Below are positions 27,216 to 40,581 of a stretch of DNA of 64,000 bases, in pieces. The stretch covers positions 6,076,001 through 6,140,000 of the forward strand of contig CM022666.1 in NCBI GenBank assembly GCA_012295275.1. Reading direction: 5' to 3'. The notes beneath the pieces were generated by a model that was not told the DNA's origin, made no database searches, and was given only the letters and a program-made list of their open reading frames with translations. This stretch comes from Chrysomallon squamiferum. Lineage: Eukaryota > Animalia > Mollusca. A program made the translations under genes and the position numbers. How positions within the stretch are numbered: position 1 is the stretch's first letter; each line of letters starts with the position of its first letter.

Positions 27216-30200
27216 TACTCTCAGCAGTTTGTGTGTGCATACACAAACACTTGCACAGATGAACTCACTCATGCTTATTCTTTTATTTTCAGATGCGTTT
27301 TAAAGTATATCTGTAGAATGGCATAGCAATAGTTTAAAATATATAGCAGTCTATGAAACTGTGAGACTGCAATATTTTGTCACTGCATGCTTTTATTAAC
27401 AGCGACTGGACACCAGACACAAATTCAACAGAAAGATGGGCGTGTACACAAAGTATTTAAGCCACTATTTCATCTTTCCACACACATACTTAAACTACGA
27501 AAATGAAAATTAAATAAAACGAAATAAAAAATTGTGAATATAAGTACTGGTGGTTTATGTGACACATCAGCTGGTTTTCTTCTTGATGTTTCTAGTTCAG
27601 CAGTCTGAACACTTTGCTCTTTCACTTTCCTAACTACACTTGACCAGATTCTGTCGTATGACTTGAAAAATATCTGAAAGAAAAAACAAACAGAACTTTA
27701 ATTCAGGATAAGAATTACATAAACAATCTTAGTTTTAATAGCTTGAGAAAATCAATCCATAGTGGGATTCCTATTTAAAAGCATAATCCAATCAAGAACC
27801 CTGTTTTTGATCAGAATTATTCCTTTTTCTCATCAATAAAATATGTTAATTGATTTAATTCATTTTAAGCCTTTTCCAAATTCCATATAAAAGTATATAA
27901 GAACTGATAATAAATCTTTGTATGTTATGAGTGTTGAGGAATGCATTGATTTTCTCATTCTATATTCCACACTAAGCTTGCTCAAAATGTATTCCTTGTT
28001 CATCTTTCAAAATAATGTCTTGCTTAATTTGGATGGTAATCGACTGTTAAGCATGGTATTTATTTAAACCTCAATACATATTTATTTATTAATGTTCAAA
28101 TATTTATGTAAATGCAGTTTTTAAACTTTACCAGGTTATTAAACAAACATCTCATCTATTTGTCACTTACATTAGGACTGCTTCAAATAAAAACTGTATT
28201 AGCTGATTTTTCTTTTATTCATTTATCATTAGCTAAATTAAATGAAGGTATGAAAACAGAAAAGATATGATAATATACCTATGTTGATAACTAATTAATT
28301 TTCAGGTAAAATCAATTTTAATTTTCTATTTCTTTAATCATTCATTCATTCATTCATATAATTCCCTTTTATTTTTTATGTTGTACAAAAATTAACCAAA
28401 CTATGTTTTTGTTGAAACTAATTTCTCCCAAATTTGCAATTAAAAATAAAATCACTAATTTAACTTTGCAAATATTTACTGAGAAAAAAAAAAAATGCAA
28501 AGAAATAAAAACTAAAATTACAGTTTTATTTTTCATAAAAACATAATGATACTAAAAAAAAAAAAAAAATCTAAAGAATCAAAATCAACTTAAAATTAAT
28601 CTATCAAAAATAAAAATTGAAAAAAAAATTCCTTACTACATTGGTACTGCGAGCTGGAAGTGTAACAAGGTTAGGGTAATAAACTTGATAAATTGATAGT
28701 AATCCAGTAAGGTATGGTTGAGTTCCCTGAAAAACAAGCCACAATAAAACTGTGTTACATCATTCAAATAAAGACAATCTCTTCTTTGTTGTAATCACAA
28801 ATGCAGTAAAACAAAAAGTAAAATTTGTTACACCAATAAATAGATAAAACAATTTGATAAATGAAAAAACTTAGAAAATAAAAACAAAATTAACAAAATT
28901 TAGGAAAGAAATATTAATTGGTAGCACTAGTTCAATAAATCTTTTTGAAAAAGTTCAAAAGTTTAATTTGCGAAAACTTTAAACATCCTCACCATTTGAT
29001 CTACTGTTTATACACATCAGTTTGGAAAATGATTTAAAAAAAAAAATAAAGAAGCAAAGGAAATGTTGAGATGATAAGATTTGGCTTAGTGATCCTTCGT
29101 GCCTTGTGAAAATGTTTCCCAAAGGTATACATCAACTTTGAAAAATAATTTCCTAACTTGATGAACGTTTCTAGGTATTGTATTTTCGTGATTCTAATCA
29201 ACAGAAAAATAATGATTAAAATGAAACAAAAGAATGGAAAATTTGACTGTTACTTTTACCATTTGTTTTTGTAGTTGGATCAACTTGCTGACTCGAAACA
29301 TTCGCACATCATCCTTCCTGGTAAGCAGGTAAAGTAGATGACACATATGTGGCATCTGATGAAAGAAAAACAGAATAAAAATTTACTCCATAAATACATT
29401 TCGCGTTATCTATTTAAAAACAAGCTATTATTATTACATTGTACAGCCAATTAACCAAACACTTCAAAATCAAATTTAAAATATTATTTCAGCCTTATAC
29501 TGTTATAGTGTAAATTTAGAAAATTTGTATCTTTTGAATTACTCTGGATGGTTCTTAAATTATCTGAACCAAAAAACTTTATATTCAGCAAGTGAGTAGT
29601 AAATAAGCTGAATGAAACACAAAACAATTTCTTTCTTTGTTCTTTTCCTTTTTTTTTTATTTTTATTTTATTTATTTATTTATTTTTTTTGTTATTATTT
29701 TTTGCTTATTAAAAATTAAGCTATGTTATCTGTTTGCTCTGTTTAGTTCACTGGTGGCACTAAATATTTCAATTTAATTCTGGTAAGAATTGTTTTAAAC
29801 ATTTTCAAAATTCAACACTTACAAGAACCTGATTCTCCAGAAAGTAGAAAAGAATTCCATAAACATTGTGAAGATGTTTCAGATCTTCAATGTAGTCATA
29901 CACAATAAGTATCCATCGAATAAGAAAACTCTGAGAATAATTAAAAAACATATTTACATTCCTAACTACATGAACATAACTAAACAAAACATTTAGATTA
30001 AAAAACAGGTATATGCCTATAAAAAACAGAATAATAATTTACATTAATAACATTAAACATATTCATCAAATATAAATCTGAAGTAGATAAATTTTATAAA
30101 TAACTTTTCACCTCAAATTCTTTTCTCCAGTTTTGTAAATGTGAATATTATATATAAAAACTTTAAGAACAGATCTTTTAATGTTAAAATTAACTGGCTT

Positions 30201-31447
30201 TTTCTTCTCTGAAACTGTCATGAAATAATTTTTCTGCAGCATATTGCTTTTTTCTTTCTTCTACATATATAGATACATCTTAATTATTAATAAGTTAATA
30301 CATAATTGTTGTGGTTACTCTCTTTCCAATGTTATTATTTTTTATTAATTATAGAAATTTCAAATGAAACTAACTTGAACAATAATAGGTGGCTTGTTTG
30401 TACACATCCAAGAAATTGCTTTCATGACAGCACTGTCTGGTACAGTTGTCTTTGGTATTAATGCTTTTATTAAACGAATACTCCATTTCTGAGCTGTAAA
30501 CATGGCAATAAAATTATAAGAAGATGAAGAGAAAGTAAAATAATAATAATAAGATGAACAAGAAGAATGAAAAAATATTTTTGATTTGCAATAAATATTT
30601 TAATATATATTTCTGTTTAATTTAAATATTATAATTTTTTTTTTTTAAATATTATTTTTATAATAGAACAGTCAAATACTGAAAAACTGGTGTTAAAATA
30701 TATATATATAAAAAAACAAAAAAACACACACTTAAATAGGCAGAATAATATGAAATGGTGAACTCAAAAAGAAATAATAAGCTGTGGGTGTTTGCTTATT
30801 CTAATTATGCACTCTAAACTAATTTTAAAAATACAATAATTTATTAAATATGTGTGTATATTTGTATGCATGTCTATGCATATGTATATGTGTGTGTGAG
30901 TGTGTGTGTATATATATTAGAAGTAATTATACATAATACAGTAATGATTAATTTCAAAGACTTTCTCCTTTTTTTTTATGCAGAATTTTTTATAATAAAT
31001 AACAATACCCAAATTTCCACATGCTGCAGCATCAACAAGAACTGATAAGTGTTCAGCATCCAGTCCATGTGCGACTGATTCCTCTTCTATAATTACTAAC
31101 TGTACTTGAAGATCTGCTGTACTAGTCCGCTTTGGTCTCGAATTAATAACTAGAAAACATATATAATTTTATGTAACAAAATACAAAAGGACAGCTATAA
31201 AGAAATGAAGCGGTAAATTATAACAGACTCTTTGAATCAGAGGAAATGCGATTTCATTTGAAAGTGTCAACAATTTCTGTCACTCAGTGACTCACTGTCA
31301 AGTTTGTAACATACTTACAAGTTACATAGTCAGTGTCAGTGCGTAATGTTTTATTATTTTTGTTTAAATCAGAAAACACTTACATTTACTAAAATAATGC
31401 ATTGCTTCATCTACTTTATCTCCATTTCGATGTGAAGAAGACAACAT
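19191..31447 (-). CDS. CENPI: Centromere protein I (Mis6/Ctf3 family), 18 coding exons, ~716 aa. Exons: 31384-31447, 31009-31149, 30375-30493, 29823-29930, 29260-29355, 28637-28726, 27548-27673, 26759-26933, 26283-26403, 25512-25591, 24903-25020, 24237-24301, 23772-23908, 21917-22070, 20998-21122, 20089-20365, 19725-19775, 19191-19295
   Basis: GT-AG exons in matching phase. Peptides LIKALIPKT..SAVMKAISWMC, CHLLYLLTRKDDVRMFRVSKL, IPSQI, PLRKLFFTSSVYFKC and YFDYLEQQGLSG match vertebrate CENP-I as recalled. Exon 8 has one extra base. Confidence 0.93.
22352..23144. mobile_element. Tc1/mariner (pogo/Tigger-type) MITE in a CENPI intron
   Basis: TIRs CCGTATATACTTGTGTA / TACACAAGTATATACGG, TA on both sides, and repeated subterminal GTATAAGTC motifs. 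Confidence 0.88.
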
Positions 31448-31897
31448 GACTAATAAATAATCCGATCATACAGACTGATACATAAACAGAAATTTGAAAC
31501 AATTTCAAGACTTCCGCCAAAATATCATCTTGCTGATAATATTACCACTACAATCAGGCTACAAAACAGAAACGAACTTGGAAGCAATTCACCGAGTCGG
31601 TTGTTACGTAGATGTTCTAAATTTATTTATTTATTTACAAATTAATATCTTTTTCAGTTTGTATTTGTAACATATTTTATTTATGTAATTAATAAATGAT
31701 AGAAGAAAAAACTATATGTCTATAGGGAATCCAAAAATAGTTATTGTTTTTGTTATTTTGAAAGGTGCGTTCATCTTTTGGTGGAAATGTCATTAGGAAA
31801 GAAAATCTAGAAATAGAATGCAGCATCTATTTGTAAACAGTTTGTAAAGGTAATGTTAATATTATTATTCTTTATTATTACTATTACTGTTACTATA

Positions 31898-31941
<44 letters not shown>

Positions 31942-32394
31942 AAAGATTATGAATATGTAATAATTTACGATTTTTACTTAGATTCAAAATAACACTGAAT
32001 TTGTTGAAAATCGGAATGATGCAATGCAAAATAATCTTCTTTATAACCTATAATTGTGTCTGTATTATTACATTTAAGCCTTTAGTGTAATAATGATACA
32101 TATGTTGTTTATTAGAACATAAATATTACAGTAAATAATATATTATAACAAAAATAGATAATGCTTAATCCTTAAATTCTGATTTTAAAAAAAGAAGAAA
32201 GAAAGAGATGTGTGTTTAAGTGTGTGTGTGTGTGTGTATGTAATTTGTTTTATGTAAAACACAGCAGAGCAGGTACACTTCATTATTATTATTATTGTTA
32301 TATTTTTACATTTTAATTTATTTATTTATTTACCTTATTATTATACATTTTTTAAGTTCATTCAAGAAGGATGCATTTATGAACAACTACAAAT

Positions 32395-32505
32395 ATGAAT
32401 AGACCTGATCCTTGTCAGAGGCAAGCTTGTGATATTACAAAATGTTTACAGGGTAAGTATTAAAAATAGCTTATTAATTATTTTAATTTAATTTAATTTA
32501 ATTTA

Positions 32506-32560
<55 letters not shown>

Positions 32561-32655
32561 TAATCATTTTATTTTTATTATTATTTTATTTTTATATTTT
32601 ATTATTTGCTTTTTATTTTATTTTTTTATTTATTTATTTATTTATTTATTTTTTT

Positions 32656-32695
<40 letters not shown>

Positions 32696-32895
32696 CAGCT
32701 CACAAGTTCAAAGAAGAAGCCTGTGAATCAGTTATGGCTGCAATGAGAAAATGTTGTGCAAGACTGGGTCCAGACGACTCAGTCTGCTGTTCAGGATTTA
32801 TAAAAACAGATAAAAACCGAAATCTTGACACCGGCCATGGACTCTCTGCATTTATGTACTTTAAAAAACAAAAAAATAATCATGTGATAGGCTGA
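32395..32895 (+). CDS. CMC4: Cx9C motif-containing protein 4 (p8MTCP1-like), paralog 1; exons 32395-32452, 32699-32895
   Basis: MNRPDPCQRQACDITKCLQAHKFKEEACESVMAAMRKCCARLGPDDSVCCSGF...; the DPCQ..AC.I..CLQA and RKCC..SV.CSGF pattern of CMC4; phase-1 GT-AG intron. Confidence 0.9.
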
Positions 32896-34897
32896 TAGTC
32901 TGCTTCAAACTGTTTAATAATTAACCTGAAAAAGAAACTGCATTTTTTTTTTTTATATAGAATTATGTTGTTATAATAACTTGTAAAAAAAAAGATAACA
33001 TTCTGAAGCAGATCTATCAGATTAATAATTTGATTGAATTGTTATTAGTATGAAGCTTTGTTTATATTTGTGTGACAAAACCTGTGACAGTTACTAATGC
33101 TGTTTATTACATATCCAAATATGTAAATTGTTAATCAGAATTTGTATTGTTAACCTTAGTGTTTGAATTTGAGGAACACAAATGTTAAAGACAGAACAAA
33201 CCCACATTTAATAAAGTATAATAGAAGATGTCATTTTGAACTATAATTACATTAAAATAAGATTAAAATTTTTTTTTTTTTTTTTTTTAATAAATATTAA
33301 TGTGTTTACAATTGTGAGAAGAAAATAATAAGCACCTGCATTAATGGAAATATTGTTTTAAAAATATATAAATTTATTTATTTTATACTAAAGATCATAT
33401 AATATTTTAAAATCCTGCAAATAACACAGTTATCATAATCAATAGATTGAATTCCATTTTTTCAGTTTAGAATACTGTATATCAAAATTTCTTTAAAATC
33501 AACAATACACAAAGTTCTGTTTTCATGTGAGGTGTGCATGTAATTTATGTTTCTTACAGTATTAAAAGATGTTTAACTTACGTTTGGTTTGTTATCTGTT
33601 GAAAAATAACCATCAATTTTAAAACTGAATGAAACTGAGTGTTTATTCAGAATCAAAGAAGGTAGTTTACAAGTGAATTTGTAATGAGCTTTCATATCTG
33701 GAGTTTGACAAATATAATTAGTCTGTTGTTGTTTACATTTATTCTAACCCATGTAAATATGATTCTGGAACAAACAGCATATTATATATATATATATTAA
33801 AACAACCTTGACATAGCTCATTTTTAAATACTAGGCTAGTAAAAAGTAGTAGTTGATACCCAGTTTCAGCTACAAGATTCAGTACTAACGTGCACGTAAA
33901 TAATGTCTGAAACTTGGTTAAAGTTTAAAAATGTTAAATATTTTAAAACAAATATCCCCTTTGTGTTATCAATGTTCTTTAAAAGACCTAATAATATTAA
34001 AATAAAGATACTAAAAACAAATGAGATGGCAATCAATACACCTACAAGAAAACGGCATTTTACCTTTGATGCTCTCATCACATTCGCGGAATTTATCACG
34101 CACAAAATATCCACCGAGGTACAAGCTAGACGTAGGTTACGTTAGTAAAGTATATATTTTCTTTTTAATGTTGTTATTCTAACAGTTATTACTGGAAAGT
34201 TTTGACCAAGTTTGATAAGTAAATAACGAGTTTCATCATCAGTGTAAAGCAACATTATAATTATTATGTTCGCCTGGTATCAAAGTTCGGGTTGTTCCAA
34301 ATTCCGGTCTATTTGGACAGAACTCTTTTAAAACTTACTTGTACACATACGTTTTGCTCTCTAAATTATTTTGGTTTAAAAAAACGAAATAAAAAATAAT
34401 AAAGATATATTTAATAGATTATTATTATTATTATTATTTTTTTTTTTTTATTATTATTTTTATTTTTTTTAGCAGTTATTAGTATATTTTAAATTCATTC
34501 TGGAATGAAATTAAAGCTAAATATACACTTTAGATAAGCCATAATTTATTAATTATTTTTGCTGGAGTGAAATGATATGAGATAAACATCGTTTGGTCAG
34601 AACAGTATTATGTATGTGAAGTCTTCTTCTGTTAGATAGATATACTAAATGTATTTTACACACATCCAAGTGACTGTTTAATTTTATTGTACTCCAACCT
34701 TTGTAAATAATAAATGATGACAATCCCAATATTAAAAATTCATTATAAATGTTTGTGTAACAAAAATATAAATAATAATAAAATTATGAAAATTAATAAA
34801 ATGTAATAATCATAATTTTGTATTATTATTTGATATCATTTGCATTTGTTTATGAATTTATATTTCAGACTTTAAATAATAAAAGAAATAGGTTTGA

Positions 34898-35943
34898 ATG
34901 GTTAAGGAAACATATAAAGTTGATCCATGTCAAAAGGAGGCTTGTGCTATTCAGTCTTGTCTACAAGGTTAGTTTTACATTTTATATTTTACTTATATTT
35001 CAGTTCACTGGTTTCCACCTTTCTTCCATATTGTATTTCCTTTAAAACAAGAGCCGGCAAATTGTCTTAGATTAAACTGTAACCAAAGAGGAAAGAAATG
35101 TTTTATTTAAAAGTGTTGTATAAGAGCTATAATCAGGATTAAATGTTTTTTTGTTTCCTTTTTTTTTTTTTTTTGAAATTGTTCTGATATTGTATAATAA
35201 AGTAATGAAGCTTAAACATCTTAATTTACTCTAGAAGGAACACAAGAAGTGATTTAAACATTCTAATCCAAATCTAAGATATCTTGGTTAAACTTTGAAA
35301 AAAATATGGGTATCTGGAACAAGCCCGGTGAAGAAAATAACAATGGTTATTAAAACTTTGTTGCTGGTTGCAAAGGGCCTCAATAATAGTTCACGTTTCA
35401 GAGCCCTGAAAATGCACATCTGTCACTATATGTGCTGTTAATTTTTTATTAGCACCAAAGGATCTTTTATAATGCACCTTCCCATAGGCTAAAAAAACAC
35501 ATAAAATATGGCTGTTGATAAATCAGTCAAAGAGAACATACTGGAATGGGAAACTGTCAAATGGAAGGTCTGAGAAAGATTCAGAATTATTGAAATTTTG
35601 CGGGTTTATTTTCAACATTACAAATTCCTCATGTTTTTGTTTTATAACTAAATGTGAAAAAATATTTTTTAATGTTCATAAATTTATATTATTTATAGTA
35701 CAAATATTATTTTATCCAATACCTGAAATTCCAAAATCGAGGATTCAACTATTGTTATACTAAAAACTTATACTTCGAATTATTATTATTATTATTATTT
35801 TCTAATAATTTTCTTCAGCTCACAAGTTCCAGGAATCTGCCTGTCAGTCAGTAATAGAGGCAATGAGAAAATGTTGTGAAAGATTTGATGACTCAGTCTG
35901 TTGTTCAGGATTCAGAAAAACTGACAAAAAAGCAAAGTCATGA
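34898..35943 (+). CDS. CMC4: CMC4 paralog 2; exons 34898-34967, 35819-35943
   Basis: MVKETYKVDPCQKEACAIQSCLQAHKFQESACQSVIEAMRKCCERFDDSVCCSGFRKTDKKAKS*; same intron position as paralog 1. Confidence 0.9.
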
Positions 35944-37200
35944 CACTGGATTTATATAGATTTGTTTAAATGAGGTAATACATAAATATTATATATTTAC
36001 TATTCTTATACATGAGAAATAATAATAATAACAAAAACAACAAAATTTATCATATATTTTTCTTTTTTAATATTCATAATGAAATTTAGTATTGTTTTTA
36101 ATTTATTTGTTTATTTGTTTTAATTATTATTTCTTCTTATTATTATTCTTATTTGTTTCTATTGTCTTAATATCTATTTTCTATTTATATTTTATTTTTT
36201 TATAACTTTTAATTTTTATTTGTACTTTTTTTTGCAGCATAATGTACATCACTTAAGCACAGAGATATGGAACATACTTCCCCTTTTTTCTTTTTGACAG
36301 TTGATATTTATATATTAAAACAAAAATGATAAGCATTTCATTTTGAAATTATATACATCACAATAGTGGCAAATCCTTTTTCTGTTATTTTAGATCTGCC
36401 CCCGATTTCAGCAAAAAAACTATTTTTTTTTTTAGAATTAGGTGATCTATCACCAATATATTTTTAAATTATGACTGAAAAAGAAAAATAATTAATTAAA
36501 CTTAAATAAGAGTTAGATTCAATACTTTCTCAGTTTAATTACCTCAAAACAATGTATTTCACTGTGTTTGAAAACAATGTATATTTATTGGCATGAAATA
36601 TAATGTCACTGTCTATCAACTTAATTTCCTACTAATTTATTATGAAAAGTATTCTGTGATAGTATTGTACAAGATGTTTATTTATATTATTTACCATCAG
36701 TTTGTTTTTAATTCGTTTACATTTATATAATAAAATATACATAATTATACAGAAGTATATCTATGTACATATTCAAAATAAATAAAAATAAACGTAAATA
36801 ATCAAATGTAGGTATGCTTGTATAGAGTGAGGTTGATAGAGAGATGTAGACAGACTGATAGATACACAAGTTTTGTATTACTCGGGAATTAAAAACTGAT
36901 TGCAACTGTTATCTTTGTTGTTATTTTTAAACAAACAATAAGGATCCATGAAGTACATAGGTGGGGATGGACGTTGATGTTCAAGTACAATATTTATAAT
37001 GATGTCATGGAATCATTAATTTTGCTGACAGAGAAATTTAACATTTTCAGCAAATAAAAAACAAAAAAACAAAAACAAAACAAACAACAATCAGCATTCT
37101 TGAATCATTTAAATAAATCTAAATAAAATGCCTAACAACTGTGGAAGCGAAATTCACAATGTCCAATTACTTTTCTTCATGAAAAATTGGGGTAAGACTG

Positions 37201-38304
37201 TACAGTTCCCTCCCAAAAGACAGACATCCGATATGATGGACAGAACTCTTTATTGGGTTATGTAACGTATCCTGTACAACCCAGACTGCTTCAGTGCAAG
37301 GGGTCAGTGTTGATCAACTAGCTGACTGACTTCAGCACTGCATTGTTTTATATTGCACAGTTATGACAATACCTATTTAAAGCCGATTTTTTTTTTTTGT
37401 TGTTGTTGTTGTTGTTATTTCTACAAATTCCACGAAAGCAACTAGGAGAACTTAACTGTAATCCAAACATAATTAACAAATGTAAAGATATTGTGTTTGA
37501 TGAAGTCCCCGTTTTTAGAGTTTACGTCATTGACTTCACTGCAACATCAGTATTCAATTCATTTCACTCCAGGCAGACATTGTTTTTATATCAATGATTA
37601 TCGTGTCCAGAAGGGAAAGTGTTCACTGGAGATGCGTGACAAAAACGTGTACCGGAAAGCGCACCACTGTCGGAGATTTTATACAAAACATCTTCCAAGT
37701 GACCCGTATGTTGCTCCATTTATCAGCATACTAAGACAACGAACAAGAGAAGAAAGAACACGAGTGCAGTAAAATATACGATGATGAGGTCGCAAAGCAA
37801 GCATCCGAATCTTTCCCAGTATGAGCAGTGGAATGTACAGAGACGGAGTTCCGATACCTGCCCTAATGCAGACTAGAGCCGATGTCAGCACAGAAGAACC
37901 ATGGATACAGACAAATGAAGGAAGACTACTTGTTGCTCAGTTTGTTGAAAAATCACGTAATACAATCGTCAAAACGACCTCTTTCTCCAGTTAAAGTTTA
38001 GACTGACTTTTAGATGGCTGCAGTCCAAGCAGATGGAACTGAATTTCCACAAGGTGAGGTGAAAGGATGCTCCCCCCTCCCACTTACACGGGCCATTTTG
38101 AGGAAAAAATCCCAGGTCTTGCTGTTCGTTCTGTACAAATGATGAAAAAAGACAGCTAACCCTTTGCCAGAAAACATCTTTTAAAATTAGGTTAAAAATG
38201 CGTCAAATGGACGGGTTCAAATCTATAAATAAATCTAATTTTATGCAATTTTCTTATGTATTTAGTAGTATTGGACACCCGTCTTTTGGAGGACACCGAC
38301 TGTA
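37201..38304 (+). mobile_element. Decayed Mutator-like (MULE) transposon with FLYWCH zinc-finger remnant
   Basis: Frameshifted translation over ~37570-37950: GRHCFYINDYR / RESVHWRCVTKTCTGKRTT / RTREE..KIYDDE / FPSMSSGMYR..PALMQTRADVSTEEPWIQTNEGRLL. Imperfect terminal inverted match (TACAGT..CTCC..AAAAGAC.G..TCC.ATA) at 37201 and 38304. Confidence 0.55.
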
Positions 38305-39094
38305 AATCAATGGGTGGGGTATATTGTACAAAAGGGTGTAAACCATTGTAGAGATAAGGTGGGTAGAAACTGCATGATTTTTGATTTTTTGTATCCTTCC
38401 TTTATTGCAGATATCACAACAGTCATGCGCATTTCGGTTCTGGAGTGATTTTTCTTTTATCGGTCCTATTACTTGTGCGCTGAAGATTTTTATTTTGTTA
38501 AATTTCACTTCTTGGGGCCACTGGATGGAAGGGGTAAATTTCTAAATCCGCACGATTTCGAGTTGGTCAAGGATATAGTAAAATACAGGTGGCTTTAGAA
38601 AGAATCGCTCGAAACAAGACAGAAAATACTTTGTTGGTTGGAACGGGAAGCCAAAGAAGCTAGGTTTGCCAGCTTTTGTGCCATAACTGAATGTTTTATT
38701 GAGCAAAAAGACCGCCCTCACTGTTCATAAACGAAAACTAAAATTTGAAACAAGTTGATGTGTAAAAATATCCTCCCACATTGCGCCACATGGGGTTCTT
38801 ATAACAAACGAGGCTATCCACAAACAATTAAAATTTCTAGTTTCCAACAATTAAGTAGCGATAAAATCGATTACTCCACCTTGGAGGAAGAAGTTACTAT
38901 TCCGTCAAAAACGTCCCCACACGCAAACACACCAAGCCTAGAACTAATGGTCAGCATCGTTTCGATTTCAGTGGCAAACGATGTTCTTTACCAAAATGGT
39001 AATTTGTAAATTTATAAAATTAAAAATACAAGAAATTTTTGTATATTTTATTAAACCTTTTTATCCCAGTATTTTTTTTACAAGTACAAATATT

Positions 39095-39775
39095 TTAATG
39101 TACGACGTCATCATCTCCAGCGTCATCAGCTCCATCTTCATCGACGGCTTCAACAACTGCAAGAAACAAAAACAAATTCGTAATCTATTTTTAAACGAGT
39201 AAACTGAAGATCTAAACGCGTTTCTCTTTCTACTTACGTTCATCTTTATCGACGAAGTTGAAATCGTCCAATTCAGCTGCGTTCAGTTTGCCGTCACCAT
39301 CGCCATCTGCAGCGTGGAATTTTTTCAGCTGAACCACGTTTGTGGGCTTCAGACCCGATGCTGCAGCGATTTCATGCAGGTCAGCAAAACCATCTCCATC
39401 GACGTCCAATTCTTTCAAAGCAGCGACATCGTCAGCATCCTCAAAATTCAAAATACGACATTTAATATATATGGCTGTTCATGAACAATCTTACCGCGAG
39501 TAGATTACCATTTTTTTTTTTTTTTAAATTTAAATTGTGGTGAAAAGCTAAATATCTGGCAATACCTCTGCTGGGTGAGCTCGCACGTCCAGTCCTCGCT
39601 TCCTCTTGCACACCTTGCATGCCCAGCTCCTGGCCCACTTACAGGCCGCCATACAACCAAGTGTGTGATACGGACTGACGCGAATTCTTCGCACGGACCG
39701 GAAGAACCAGCCGTCCACGTTTTCAGGAACCAAGGTCAAGGCCAGCAGGAGTACCAAGAAATACGTGGTCCTCAT
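39095..39775 (-). CDS. Secreted precursor (~157 aa): signal peptide + cationic 4-Cys peptide + KRKR + acidic two-EF-hand propiece (candidate antimicrobial peptide); exons 39566-39775, 39238-39439, 39095-39156
   Basis: MRTTYFLVLLLALTLVPENVDG|WFFRSVRRIRVSPYHTLGCMAACKWARSWACKVC|KRKR|GLDVRAHPAE-DADDVAALKELDVDGDGFADLHE...DGDGDGKLNAAE...LVEAVDEDGADDAGDDDVVH*. There is a 5' UTR exon (~39924-39990) and AATAAA at 39046-39051. The acceptor at 39440 is an uncommon GAG, so that junction is less certain. Confidence 0.8.
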
Positions 39776-40007
39776 TTTGCTGGAAAAATATAAATTTATT
39801 CAGTTATTTTAATTCTTTATATTGAAATTTAATATAAACGAATTAACTTTAAAGAAAAGACGAGAAAAAAATCCACCAAAAAAAAAATATATATATATAT
39901 ATAATAATAATAACAACACTTACTGGAACAAAACTTTCGCCACACTTCAAAACAACTAACACAAAACACTGGAAGACGATGAAGTGACTGCACGGTCTAA
40001 CTTCACT

Positions 40008-40015
40008 TATTTATA
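40008..40015 (-). promoter_or_regulatory. TATA box of the secreted-peptide gene
   Basis: TATAAATA on the minus strand ~25 nt upstream of an Inr-like CAGTCAC and a UTR exon ending in a GTAAGT donor. Confidence 0.6.
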
Positions 40016-40284
40016 ACGTAAAAAATTAATCACGTGACCTGACGTGAAATTCGTTCAGCACGATCCTCCTCAAACAACACGCTGTGAAAATGTTTGTACT
40101 GGAAATGCATGTCAAGGTCAGTGATAATAGAAAACACAGAGTGAACTTTGCAAAACAGTTATGACATAATTGTGTGAGAATTTCCTTTATCAGTTAAGTG
40201 TGCGATTGAGAATGTTTTCTGGGAGAGAGGATTTTTATTAGGATTTTTTTTTATTGGTTGGTTATTTTTTTAAAAAGAGCATTT

Positions 40285-40345
40285 AGAGAGAGAGAGAGAG
40301 AGAGATATATATAGAGAGATATATATATAAAGAGGAAAGAGAGAC

Positions 40346-40418
<73 letters not shown>

Positions 40419-40430
40419 TTAGGATTGCGC

Positions 40431-40479
<49 letters not shown>

Positions 40480-40541
40480 TAGGATTGAAATAAGGGAGAG
40501 AGAGAGAGATGGTTGGTTAGGATTGCGCAAATAAGAGATAG

Positions 40542-40581
<40 letters not shown>

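Noticed and set aside
39061-39243. ORF ending LLKPSMKMELMTLEMM as the last exon of the peptide gene
   Set aside because: Splice phase selects the acidic frame LVEAVDEDGADDAGDDDVVH*.
40417-40426. GGTTAGGATT identical to the tRNA-Glu D-arm within the GA tract modules
   Set aside because: Only a 10-nt match with no other tRNA elements; treated as coincidence.
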